Source: Haliotis rufescens (taxonomy: Eukaryota). Taken from it: DNA of 64,000 nt. Numbering within the stretch: the stretch's first letter is position 1; the number at the start of each line of letters is the position of its first letter. Below the pieces are notes generated by a model, which was given only the letters and a program-made list of their open reading frames with translations, did not search any database and had not been told where the DNA came from. Location of the stretch: contig NW_025963924.1 in assembly GCF_023055435.1 (NCBI RefSeq), positions 6,138,001 through 6,202,000 of the forward strand, in the 5' to 3' direction. Position numbers and translations under genes: made by a program. Shown piece after piece: positions 38,559 to 51,999 of this stretch.

Positions 38559-40957
38559 CTGGGGAACAATATTCATAATTTGTAATCAAATATTTCATTA
38601 TTTTTTTTAATTACCCGATCGGGTGAGTGTTTATCTTACAGGCACATGTGCCTCCTTATATGAAGCAATCGCCCAGTGGGTTTTCCTGTTAAATTATGTT
38701 TCCGTTCTAATTTGGATTCCTAAAAAAGGGGCTATTCCGGATTACATGATTTCCGGATTATCAAGCTTTCTGAACTGACATGTAATTCGGACTAACGGGG
38801 CTTCCGTACTATCAAGGCTTCCGGAATGACATGGAATCCGGATTGACGGGAGTCCGGACTATCAAGGTTTCTGGAAGGACATGGAATCCGGATTGCCGGG
38901 TTCCCGGAGTAACAAGGTGTCCGAAATGTCGGGGTTTCCGGATAAACAAGGTTTCCTGACAGGCATTCAATCCGGACTAACGGGGTTTCCGGATTTTTAA
39001 GGTTACGGATTAGTTAGGTTTCCAGGGTAACTGGGTTTCCGAGATAACATGGACTAGCGGGTTATTTCACTGTATTGGGATGTAAATTCATGATCATATT
39101 GTCTGTCAAAGAAAGTGTTACAATTATGCGAAATCCGTTTTAGTTCTGTCCATTAAAGGACTGGTCATTTATTATAGGGGAGGGTGAGATGAGAGGGTGG
39201 CATGAAAAATGACCCAGTTCTATTATTTCAAATAATATTTATAAAAATGTTACATAAAATAGGGCGTCGGTTAAATATGATACAGTCGTAATACCAATCT
39301 CAAAAAGAAAGTTCAGCGCTGACGACAACCCACGCGTGACACAACCAACTTCCCCCACTGTCGAAATGAAAGAGGCGGTTGCACGTGCAAGTCGAGGTGT
39401 CGTTGGTATAAAAACTTGAGGCACGTGGTGAACCAATCGTTCACAATGGAACAGTTCATGTTGATAGAGGGGGTTTCAGGTATTTGGATGAAATTGTTCG
39501 TGGGAAATAATACACGGTGGGAAAAAGAGAGTGACGTCACGAGAATTATTTATTTTTAACAACATATATTATTTTAAGTAGTTTGCTCTACGTCCTAACT
39601 TTCCCGATCCTATTAGTCCCGGGGCAAGTCCTGCATAACTGCTGTGACCTGAAATATATCACTGTCATGTACAACGACTCTCGGCGGGGTCGCACCTCGG
39701 CGACAGGGACGACTGACAGTGTACACAACTACGCCGCCTCGACTTTATTCTCAGCTAAGACGTTGTCGAAATAAAGCTGACATGCAGCAGCGACGACGAC
39801 GAGGATTGACGTTGCATCACACAAGTCTTACACTTTTAAAGCATTTCGCGGTTTGCTGACGAGAACATTTAAACAAATTATTGCCGTGCAGAGTCAGCTG
39901 TGCGTTGTAGCACATTTGTTTTTGGCCGGCTGTCATATTTCGTATTAAGTATAAAGTACTTGCAATATACTGGTCGCTTGGGCGAATATGTTTTGTGTCA
40001 GTTTTGTTCTGATTTTTATATCACCTTGGCTGAGCTTTAGATAACAAAGAGCATTAGTATCTTGGCTTTGAGAAGAAGTTGTCGGTCGCTCGGTTTTTGT
40101 ACATGATTATTGGTAGATTTCCTAAAGTAACCTTTATTTACATTCAAGATACAAATTGTATTTTAATACAATGTCTAGGAAAAGAAGTAGATTACACTCT
40201 CGTCTTTTCACTAACTGCATCGGAAAAATCTATTATATTTCAAGAAGGCCAGTAAGTGAAATCAAATTTAACTTTGAACTTGATGTTTCAGCCACGATCC
40301 AATTCCTGTAAATAAGCAAGTTTTAACATCACTTTTAGCAATATTTCAGTGAGATCGTGGATGGTTTAACATCGCTTTTAGCAATATTTCAGTGAGATCG
40401 CGGATGGTATAACATCGCTTTTAGCAATATTTCAGTGAGATCGGGGATGATTTAACATCGCTTTTAACAATATTTCAGTGAGATCGCGGATGGTTTAACA
40501 TCGCTTTTAGCAATATTTCAGTGAGATCGCGGATGGTTTAACATCGCTTTCAGCAATATTTCAGTGAGATCGCGGATGGTTTAACATCGCTTTTAGCAAT
40601 ATTTCAGTAAGATCGTGGATGGTACCAGGAGCGAACTTTAACCTGGGTACCCACATCATGACTAGAACCCTTCGACGTGACGAGTGAACGCTTCAACCAC
40701 AGGCCTACCCAACTGCCCATATATCTCGGTACACGAAGATGGAATCGATGCTTTGTAAATTTATCAAATCCTCTGATTATAGTGAGTGAGTGTGGTTTTA
40801 CGCCGCTTTTAATAATATCCCACAAATATCACACGGGGGACACCAGCTTAACACCATATAGGGCATCGAACCCGGGCATTCGGCTTGATAGAGAACTACT
40901 TAACCACTTGGCTACCCCGCCACCCTCTGAATATCGAGTTTAATACACAGTACTTAC

Positions 40958-41186
40958 AATTGTCGTAGATGGATCCCTGGCCGACGCATGTATTGGTCTC
41001 GGGGTCGAACACGCTGTTTGAACAGTTGAACTTGTACAGGATCTCATTGGTGCACACATAGAAGACCGAACAGTCATCGGGATCTGGTCTGAAGTCGGGG
41101 TTGCCTTTAACCACACAACTACCCACTGATGTTGAAGCGGTTGCCATGGCCACGATTAAGCAAGCGAGTACAATTCGAAATGCCAT
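40958..41186 (-). CDS. Gene C3 exon 1 (signal peptide + CBM14)
   Basis: Intact; ETNTC variant. Confidence 0.93.
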
Positions 41187-44100
41187 GGTGAAATGGAACT
41201 GCAGCGACACAAATTCACCTAAAGTACAGTTATACGTGAACTCACTGGGCTTAAACAGTTTTCTCGTATATTCCTGTGAATTCTGATCTGAGTGAGAGAT
41301 AACGGCGTATTTATACCTTTAACAGACATGGAACGCCCACAAGGTATATAGTTTCCTGGCTTGTTTTTGTAACGTCACCGCTGTAGAGGATTCTGTTTGT
41401 CAAATCTGACAGCTGATTGAACTCGCGTTCATGATGTGATGTCACGTGCGCCACCTGGTGACAAATCAGCGATCCAACTGACTGACGGCTTGTACATCAC
41501 CGCTGCGGTTGGCTAGTGAGATGGGGGGTGGGGGGTGGGGGGTGGGGGTGGTGTTAGTAGGAGGAGACATATCGTGACGTGCCTGGTGATATCATTTTAA
41601 TAATAGATCATATCCCTGAAATGGCATTTATAATAAGAAAAAATAAAATACCCACCTGTACCATACTCACTCACTCACTCACTCACTCATATACCCCGAC
41701 ACAGACAAGTGTCAGCCATATACAGTGTGCATGCCTTGGAGAACTGAAGTTGAAACGGCGAATACAAAAGTATGTATTAAATATAATTGTTCTGATATGT
41801 TTTATAAAAGTTAAATAATATACCACTACCATATTGGCGAATTTTGATGTATCATACGATGACTCCGCACAACAAAACTACACCCATAATATGGCTAAAT
41901 ATAAAATGACATCTGAGCGTCACTTTAAGTCAAATAAAAACAAAAAATAATCATTTTTTTTCAACGCTTTATGATTTCGTTATCCATAAAATACACATTA
42001 TATATAGAGCAGACTTCAAAGTGTGCACAATTGTTTGTGTTGGTATTTTTGGCAAAGTCAAGAAAATAATAGATAGTGTTCCCACTTTTGGTTTTTAATT
42101 AAATAATTTAAAAATTCTAACTCTTTCCTCATTTTTATTTTAAAAAAACATTTATTTTTTTATACAGCCTGACATGTACAGTCTGGTACATAAAATGGAT
42201 ATTACCTTACCTTCACAGCGCTATAACGGCTACAGGGCAGCGGCTTGTGGTAGATATGTTATACATCTCCCTCTTTAAATGTAGGGTTTAAATACCAGGG
42301 TATATTTAGATATGGGAAATGCGCATGTGGTTATCTGTAATTTCTGGTATGTATTAAAACTTGGTATGAAAAAGGATAGCACGAGTTGCTTTGAATAATT
42401 TGTCATATAATATATATAACATTTGTATTAAGGTGAGTGAGTATGGTTTTACGCCGCTTTTAGCAATATTCCAGCAATATCACGGCGGGGGACACCAGAA
42501 ATGGGCTTCACACATTGTACCCATGTCGAGAATTGAACCCAGGTCTTAGGCGTGACGAGGGAACGCTTTACCACTAGGCTACCCGACCGCCCCTATGTAT
42601 TAAGGAGTATAAAGGATGAATATGAGGATAAGAACAAGGGTTGATACTTCTTTCAAGTAAAAATATTTAGGTAATTCATAAATTCTGTTCAACGCCAATA
42701 TCTAAACATTATTATAAATTGGTAGTATGGTTGAGTGGTTGGTTGAGTGAGTGAGTAGGTGGGTGGGTGGTATGGTTGAGTGGGTGGTATGGTTGAGGTT
42801 GGATGTTATGGTTGAGTGGGTGGGTGGTTGAATGTTATGGCTGAGTGGTTGGTTGAGTGAGTGAGTAGGTGGGTGGGTGGTATGGTTGAGTGAGTGAGTG
42901 GGTGGTATGGTTGAGCGATTGGTTGGTTAAGTGAGTGAGTGGGTTGGTGGGTAGGTTTTATGGTTGAGTGGTTGTTGAGTGAGTGAGTAGGTGGGTGGAT
43001 GGGTGGTATGGTTGAGTTGTTGGTTGAGTTAGTTAGTGTTAGGGTGGGTGGTATGGTTGAGTGGTTGGTTGAGTTAGTGAGTGTTAGGGTGGGTGGTATG
43101 GTTGAGTGGTTGGTTGAGTAAGTGAGTGGGTTGGTGGATGGGTGTTATGGTTGAGTGGTTGGTTGAGTTAGTGAGTAGGTAGGTGGGTGGTATGGTTGAG
43201 TGAGTGAGTGGGTGGTATGTTTGAGCGGTTGGTTGGTTAAGTGAGTGAGTGGGTGGGTTGGTGCGTTTACTGGTTGAGGGGTTGGTTTAGTGAATGAGTA
43301 GGTGGGTGGGTGGTATAGTTGAGTGGTTGGTTGGTTAAGTGAGTGAGTGGGTGGGTGGTTGTGTTTTATGGTTGAGTGGTTTGTTGAGTGAGTGAGTAGG
43401 TGGGTGGGTGGATGGGTGGATGGGTGAGTGAGTGGGTGGTTGGGTGTTATTGTTGAGTGGTTGGTTGGTTGAATGAGTGGGAGGGTGGATAGGGGGTGGG
43501 TGGTATGGTTGAGTGGTTGGTTGGTTAAGTGAGTGATTAAGTGATTGGGTGGGTGGGTGGGTGGGTGGTATGGTTGAGTTAGTGAGTAGGTGGGTGGATG
43601 GGTGGTATGGTTGAGTGGTTGGTTGAGTGAGTGAGTAGGTGGGTGGATGGGTGAGTGAGTGGGTGGTTGGGTATTATTGTTGAGTGGTTGGTTGGTTGAA
43701 TGAGTGGGTAGGTGGTATGGTTTAGTGGTTGGTTGGTTAAGTGAGTGAGTGAGTGATTGGGTGGGTGGGTGGCATTTGGTATGATTGAGTCCGACTGTGG
43801 TTGAATAAGTGAGTGGGTGGATTGGTGAATGAATGGGTGGGTTGGTAACTCGATTTGAGTAGGAATAAGAAGATATTTTGCACAGTGTACACGAGACTCT
43901 ACCCCCTTGCTGACACTACAAGATAGAATGTGATTGGTTAATAGACACCGAGAAAAGAAATAATTGGTAGAAATATTTATTCAATCAAGCATATTTACAA
44001 CATACAATGTTCAATTTACACTGAACTCATATTAACGGATATTCTAAGCGAGAATAAAACCCGAATCCGCTGGGGAATTGAGTTTAGATTTACAATCAAA

Positions 44101-44666
44101 TTACACAACACTGTTAACACAACACACAAACACAACACATTGATCATAATTACAAGGATTCAGAAATAAATAAACCGGAAGTTTATACCGGCTGCAATGG
44201 GACTGACAGAGTTAGTGTGTACACATTCAGTGACGGGCAGGTCAATACTTCAAGTGTTTAATACAAGCTTGGTACAATACAGAACACAATATTGTTCACA
44301 AACTCCGATATAATTTAGGCAACAGACGGTTTTCATGGTAATGACTTAAATTTTTATTCACGTAAAATCACAAAGACTCTAGAAATCCTATTTAGGACGC
44401 GCATTTGTTAAATTTGATTCCTTGAACACATGAAAGAAACTTGAATGTCTAAATTTGGATTTCTAAATGGCCACAACCAGTTATAGAATACGCTGAAGAA
44501 GTCCGGGAATGTGTAAAGGAAATTCCGGACTGCGGCACAAAAGTCCATCATCACGTGACCCCGAGGTGAATATGACTGCCAAATAAGGAATGACCAATCA
44601 TGAAACAGGAAGTTCAGAAACAGTACCAAGTGCAAGAAATTGAGAAAGTTTTTCATCTTCATTACT

Positions 44667-44899
44667 TCAAGCAGTCCGCTCAACGCACATCCTCTTGGCT
44701 TGATCGAAGAACTGTGGTCCGTTCTCCTGGTTGCACAAACCCGAATACACCATCCGTCCACCCTCACACACGACGAAGTAGGGTGAGTCTTCCCTGCCCA
44801 CCCAGTGGTTCAAGCCGTCGGGAAGACCCTTGCAACTTGGGAAGCGCACCATGCAGGGGATACAGTGAGCAGCCAGGCACTGGTTCGCACGGTAGTCGC
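44667..44899 (-). CDS. Gene C4 exon 3
   Basis: Same translation as C2 exon 3; intact. Confidence 0.92.
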
Positions 44900-46224
44900 C
44901 TGTAAGAAAGAGAGAGTGAATGAGTGAGTGAGTGTTCTGACTGCTTTGAACAGTTTTTTAGTTATATCACGTCGTGGCAGCTTGACATGAGAGTGAGTGA
45001 GTATGGTTTAACGCCGCTTTTAGCACTATTCCAGCAATATCACGGCGGGGGACACCAGAAATGGGCTTCAAACATTGTACCCATGTCGAGAATCGAACCC
45101 AGGTCTTCGGCGTGACGAACGAATGCTTTAACCACTAGGCTACCCGACCGCCCCTGCTTGACATGAGAGGAAACCCCCTTAGGTCTTACTCGTTTACCAC
45201 TTTGGTAAAACCCACGAGCACGTGTATGGTGCTGACAAACTTAGAAACATTATCAGGGCGAAACTGGATTCGATCATAGGTTTCTGGCACGCCTAAGCGA
45301 CGCAACCCTGCAACATGCGGCGCATTTGGCGTCTAACCACCCGTCCCCACTACCAGTTTACAGCTACAGGTGTCTCCTGTCGAAGACACGCTCGGGCAAG
45401 GCAGATCAGAAATATATACAGCTTAGGCCTTATTCCGCACATTGTACCCATGTGGGAACGAAGCCGGCCTTTGGCTTGATGAGTGATCGCTTTTACCACT
45501 AGACTACCCGCCGCCCCGGAACCATATACAGTAAAATACGGTTATAACGAACTCAAAGGGACCATTAATTTTAGTTCGTAACAACCGTAGTTCGTTATAA
45601 GCATATATACAGCATATATGCAACAAATGGCCGGGACTAAAACATATGTTCGTTATATCGGTCAGTTCGTTATAAGCGTGTTCGTTATAAACGTAGTTTA
45701 CTGTAATGTGAGTAAGAAAGTGAATAAGTGAGATGCCGTTTTAAGCAATTCCAGCCAGGGCAGAGAAACTGAGGTGAAGTTAGTGGAACCTTAATCAATG
45801 GTCGTGGATTGCAAAGCAGAATAGAACCAAGCACTTTATAACAGCCGAGTGTCGACCAATCTGGTTGTTTCAATGCCTCCCCGAGTATGAGTACTGGAGT
45901 GAGTGAGTGAGTTGGGTTTAACGCCGCTTTTAACAGTATTCCAGTAATCCAGTTATATCGCGGCGTGTAAGCTTAATGTGGGAGGAAAGCCCGAAGTGAT
46001 GCAGGTCTCAGACGTTTATCACTTCGGTGAAACCCACGAGCACGGGTATGGTGCTGACAAACCTAGAAACATAATCGGGGCGAACCGGGATTCGAACCCA
46101 CAATCATAGGTTTCTGGCGTGTTCAAGGGACGCAACTCTGAACAGCGAATCGCGGCGCCTTAGACGACTGGGCCACCCGTGCCCCCCTTTCCGGTATGAA
46201 TAGCATGGTTAATGGTATACTCAC

Positions 46225-46458
46225 AGTGACTGATGGCTTCGACTCTCTCACCACACTTCACCATGGTGTAGTGCTCGCACCGCTTAGTGATGACGTTGTA
46301 AAACTGGGGGTAGGGGCACTCGCTCAGATGTTCTGGCCACCTGAACCTTGTCGGAGCAGAGCAGTTGTAGTACTGGGCACAGTTGGTGGGGTGGGGGATC
46401 AAGGCACGGGACTCTGGAAGACAGATGACCGTCTCCGCTTGGGTGTCCTTCTTGGTAC
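46225..46458 (-). CDS. Gene C4 exon 2 (CBM14)
   Basis: Intact 234-nt phase 1-1 exon. Confidence 0.93.
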
Positions 46459-48835
46459 CTGGGGAACAATATTCATAATTTGTAATCAAATATTTCATTA
46501 TTTTTTTTAATTACCCGATGGGGTGAGTGTTTATCTTACAGGCACATGTGCCTCCATATATGAAGCAATCGCCCAGCGGGTTTTCCTGTTAAATTATGTT
46601 TCCGTTCTAATTTGGATTCATACAAAAGGGGCTATTCCGGATTACAGGATTTCCAGATTATCAAGCTTTCTGAACTGACATGTAATTCGGACTAACGGGG
46701 CTTCCGTACTATCAAGGCTTCCGGAATGACATGAAATCCGGATTCCCGGGTTCCCGGAGTAACAAGGTGTCCGGAATGTCGGGGTTTCCGGATAAACAAG
46801 GTTTCCTGACAGGCATTCAATCCGGACTAACGGGGTTTCCGGATTATCAAGGTTACGGATTAGTTAGGTTTCCAGGGTAACTGGGTTTCCGAGATAACAT
46901 GGACTAGCGGGTTATTTCACTGTATTGGGATGTAAATTCATGATCATATTGTCTGTCAAAGAAAGTGTTACAATTATGCGAAATCCGTTTTAGTTCTGTC
47001 CATTAAAGGACTGGTCATTTATTATAGGGGAGGGTGAGATGAGGGGGTGGCATGAAAAATGTCCCAGTTCTATTATTTCAAATAATATATTTATAAAAAT
47101 GTTACATAAAATAGGGCGTCGGTAAAATATGATACAGTCGTAATACCAATCTCAAAAAAAAAAGTTCAGCGCTGACGACCAGCCCACGCGTGACACAACC
47201 AACTTCCCCCACTGTCGAAATGAAAGAGGCGGTTGCACGTGCAAGTCGAGGTGTCGTTGGTATAAAAACTTGAGGCACGTGGTGAACAAATCGTTCACAA
47301 TGGAACAGTTCATGTTGATAGAGGGGGTTTCAGGTATTTGGATGAAATTGTTCGTGGGAAATAATACACGGTGAGAAAAAGAGAGTGACGTCACAAGAAT
47401 TATTTATTTTTAACAACATATATTATTTTAAGTAGTTTGCTCTACGTCCTAACTTTCCCGATCTTATTAGTCCCGGGGCAAGTCCTGCATAACTGCTGTG
47501 ACCTGAAATATGTCATTGTCATGTACAACGACTCTCGGCGGGGTCGCACCTCGGCGACAGGGACGACTGACAGTGTACACAACTACGCCGCCTCGACTTT
47601 ATTCTCAGCTAAGACGTTGTCGAAATAACGCTGACATGCAGCAGCGACGACGACGAGGATTGACGTTGCATCACACAAGTCTTACTCTTTTAAAGCATTT
47701 CGCGGTTTGCTGACAAGAACATTTAAATAAATTATTGCCGAGCAGCGTCAGCTGTGCGTTGTAGCACATGTGTTTTTGGCCGGCTGTCATATTTCGTATT
47801 AAGTATAAAGTACTTGCAATATACTGGTCGCTTGGGCGAATATGTTTTGTGTCAGTTTTGTTCTGATTTTTATATCACCTTGGCTGAGCTTTAGATAACA
47901 AAGAGCATTAGTATCTTGGCTTTGAGAAGAAGTTGTCGGTCGCTCGGTTTTTGTACATGATTATTGGTAGATTTCCTAAAGTAACCTTTATTTACATTCA
48001 AGATACAAATTGTATTTTAATACAATGTCTAGGAAAAGAAGATTACACTCTCGTCTTTTCACTAACTGCATCGGAAAAATCTATTATATTTCAAGAAGGC
48101 CAGTAAGTGAAATCAAATGTAAAGTGATGTTTCAGCCACGGTTCAAATACTGTGAATAAGCAAGGTTTAACATCGCTTTTAGCAATATTTCAGTGAGATC
48201 GCGGATGGTTTAACATCGCTTTTAGCAATATTTCAGTGAGATTGCGGATGGTTTAACATCGCTTGTAGCAATATTTCAGTGAGATCGCGGATGGTTTAAC
48301 ATCGCCTCTAGCAATATTTCAGTGAGATCGCGGATGGTTTAACATCGCTTTTAGGAATATTTCAGTGAGATCTCGGATGGTTTAACATCGCTTCTAGCAA
48401 TATTTCAGTGAGATCGTGGATGGTTTAACATCGCTTTTAGGAATATTTCAGTGAGATCGCGGATGGTTTAACATCGCTTTTAGCAATATTTCAGTAAGAT
48501 CGCGGATGGTTTAACGTCGCTTTTAGTAATATTTCAATGAGATCGCGGATGGTTTAACATCGCTTTTAGCAATATTTCAGTGAGATTCAACTGCCCATAT
48601 ATCTCAGTACAGGAAGATGGAATCGATGCTTTGTAAATTTATCAAATCCTCTGATTATAGTGAGTGAGTGTGGTTTTACGCCGCTTTTAATAATATCCCA
48701 CCAATATCACACGGGGGACACCAGCTTAACACCATATAGGGCATCGAACCCGGGCATTCGGCTTGATAGAGAACAATTTAACCACTTGGCTACCCCGCCA
48801 CCCTCTGAATATCAAGTTTAATACATAGTACTTAC

Positions 48836-49064
48836 ATTTGTCGTAGATGGATCCCTGGCCGACGCATGTATTGGTCTCGGGGTCGAACACGCTGTTTGCA
48901 CAGTTGAACTTGTACAGGATCTCATTGGTGCACACATAGAAGACCGAACAGTCATCGGGATCTGGTCTGAAGTCGGGGTTGCCTTTAACCACACAACTAC
49001 CCACTGATGTTGAAGCGGTTGCCATGGCCACGATTAAGCAAGCGAGTACAATTCGAAATGCCAT
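48836..49064 (-). CDS. Gene C4 exon 1 (signal peptide + CBM14)
   Basis: Intact; FNCAN and YDKC variants. Confidence 0.93.
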
Positions 49065-51999
49065 GATGAAATAAAACTTCAGCGACACAAATTCACCTAA
49101 AGTACAGTTATACGTGAACTCACTGGGCTTAAACAGTTTTCTCGTATAATCCTGTGAATTCTGATCTGAGTGAGAGATAACGGCGTATTTATACCTATAA
49201 CAGTGATGGAACGCCCACAAGGTACATGTTTATAGTTTCCTGGCTTGTTTTTTGTAACGTCACCGCTGTAGAGGATTCTGTTTGTCAAATCTGACATCTG
49301 ATTGGACTCGCGTTCATGATGTGACGTCACGTGCGCCACCTGGTGACAAATCAGCGATCCAACTGACTGACGGCTTGTACATCAACGCGGCGATAGGCTA
49401 GTGAGATGGGGGGGGGGGGGGGGGGGTATTAGTAGGAGGAGACATATCGTGACGTGCCTGGTGATATCATTTTAATAATAGATCATATCCCTGAAATGGC
49501 ATTTATAATAAGAAAAAAAAATACCCACCTGTGGCTACCAGAGTTGTAGGCTGTTTAACAAACATATTGATATTTGGTATTTGTTTAAATGTTTATTTTT
49601 CGTATTTAATCAAGATTGCATCCATCCATAATTTAAAAGTTTAATTAATTAATTACTTGATTAATTAGTAAGTCACATTTAAGGCGTTAACTACACCCTT
49701 TTATGTTTTTTCTCCCCTGTTAATAAAACACAAAAAATGCAAATTCCAAAAACTTAATCCGTAGTATCACCACAAATCATCGCCAGTGTTTGTACCGCTC
49801 CCCTTTCTCATACACACAGCCCCTTGTATCTTAGCATCTTCGGAAACAGGCGGGAATGTCCGAACGGAAGCCAAAAAGATGGAGGTATATCTTATCAACT
49901 TCGGATACCGACAACCTCGGACCTCCTGATATGGTAGTGATAGTCGCTGGCGCGTGTTAGGCGTCTACAATATCAAATATAGGATTAGCCCATTTATTTC
50001 CGAAAATAGCCGAAGAGACACCAACTGTTAAAGATGAGCACTGGTCGGGCAATAGATAAAGAAGTCCAACAAGTGGTTCAACAAATATAGCTGCTCGTGT
50101 CGCCACTTTATTTTCAAAGGTGTTATACGTCAACGAAACAGTGTCATTGTTGCCTCTTTAACAAATTTCTATATTGACACAGTTATAGTTAAGTATCGGC
50201 AGTAAGAATGTAGCATTCGTCTCGTCACGAGTAAAGTCACGTGGGTCATCTGTCTTACAGACGTGTTTATAGATGAGAATATTTAGATCGGGAACTTACG
50301 GTAATAACACCATGTAATCCTATAGCGCCATGTATCTTTTTGTTGGGGGTCATAATCCCCCCCAAAGACCGATCCTTGGAAATTATGGCATGTGTTAAGT
50401 AGCCTGTTTTCGTCTTAAAGGGATGAAGATGTATTTAGTGATGCTTTTCACGCTTTGCAAACAGTGTTATGGAAATTATGACATTGCTAATCTGGCTTTT
50501 GTAGCAGAGATCACGTCGCTGTTAAACTTTGAATAACGTGGTATAACTGACTATATACCAGTACAGCAGGAGCGGTGGATAATATTTTACGCCGTTGTTA
50601 GCAATATTCCAGCAATATCACGATGGGGGGAAACAGAAATGGGCTTCACACATTGTATCCATGTGGAGAATCAAATCCGGGTCTTCGGCGTGACAAGCGA
50701 ACGATTTATCCACTGAGCAACCCCACAGCCCCGAGTACAAGAAAATAGTATCGGTTTGTTCAGTTGTTTATATTGCTAGGCGTTTTAGCTTAAGAGAGCG
50801 GCTTTATCTTTTAATAATACAGTAACTAATAATACCTTACATGAAATGTGCATTTTTTCAAATATGCAACAATACTTTACCCAAATAAATTACGAATATA
50901 CACAAATTCAGTTAAATAATTCTTAAGAGACTGTAATTGTACATGAGGTTGTTTTATCATAACCTTTTGTATGGGACTTATTCAACAAAAGTAATATTTT
51001 CCCCATTCTAAAATACTTAGAGCATATTTCCTGTAATTAAGCATGTACCAAGAAGCATGTTTTTATGCAGTGCGTCATGTTACGACTAGTTGTGACGTAA
51101 ACAGTATCCTCTAACAATATGTCCGTATTGTCTGATGTATCATATACAACTTCTGACAAGTTGAAGTGTAATTATATTTATGACAATTCAACTCCCGGAT
51201 CCATTCCATAATTTATACCCATCGCATGACTTCACATAGGTGTGCTTAGAATGTCCTGATTTAATAAACAGATCCGGGGATAAACAATAAACACTGAAAT
51301 ATCTTTCTTCACATTGCAAGCCCTGAACAATAACGCCACCGGATACCCTTTTAGCAATTTAATTGTAAAGTACAGCCCACGCAGGGATACGCTTGCACGA
51401 ACCGAATAACGAAGAGTTTAATATGCCGCCCATGCAATACAATTGAAGAGATTCCTCAGAAAGTCAGTAACTTGTTTGTCAAGGGAGAGATTTTTTTTCT
51501 GTCGTCAACTAGGAGGAGTCGTGTTTAAGAAAGTCATTCACTAGCCCCAAACGCGGGGGGTGGGGTGGGGGGGGGGGGGGGGTGGGTGAGCTATTCTGGG
51601 GAAAGAGGTTAGCTTGCTGTCAAAAGTTCGCCCCCGTGGTGCGTATATGTACAAACGTCTGGTTAGACGGGATAACAGATGCGCTCTAACCACACAATGA
51701 TGAAGTCATTAATTACGCCGTTTCTTAAATAAAACACTATTTGGGTAAATTGTAAATATCGAGTTCGCGGCTTGAACGTGAATGAAGACTCGTTATTATG
51801 AGTTCACGGTGGATTTGGGGTAGATTTGTCTCAAGAGAATATGCTGGTACAAGTTGTCAGTTGTCACTGTGTCTAAAACTAAGAGTTCCCTTCTTCATTT
51901 CCAGCAGTATTGTACTCATACAACTCCCTGCAGATTTATGTCTCGCACCACTGACGTACCGACACGCTGAGTCACGTCACCTACGTACTCCACCTAAAA

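Larger units (their letters stand above)
16381..49532. repeat. Four-copy head-to-tail segmental duplication (units 16381-25182, 25183-32346, 32347-41659, 41660-49532)
   Basis: Near-identical long blocks; same junction ATACCCACC(T/A)GT|ACCATACTCACTC at 25182/3, 32346/7, 41659/60. Confidence 0.95.
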
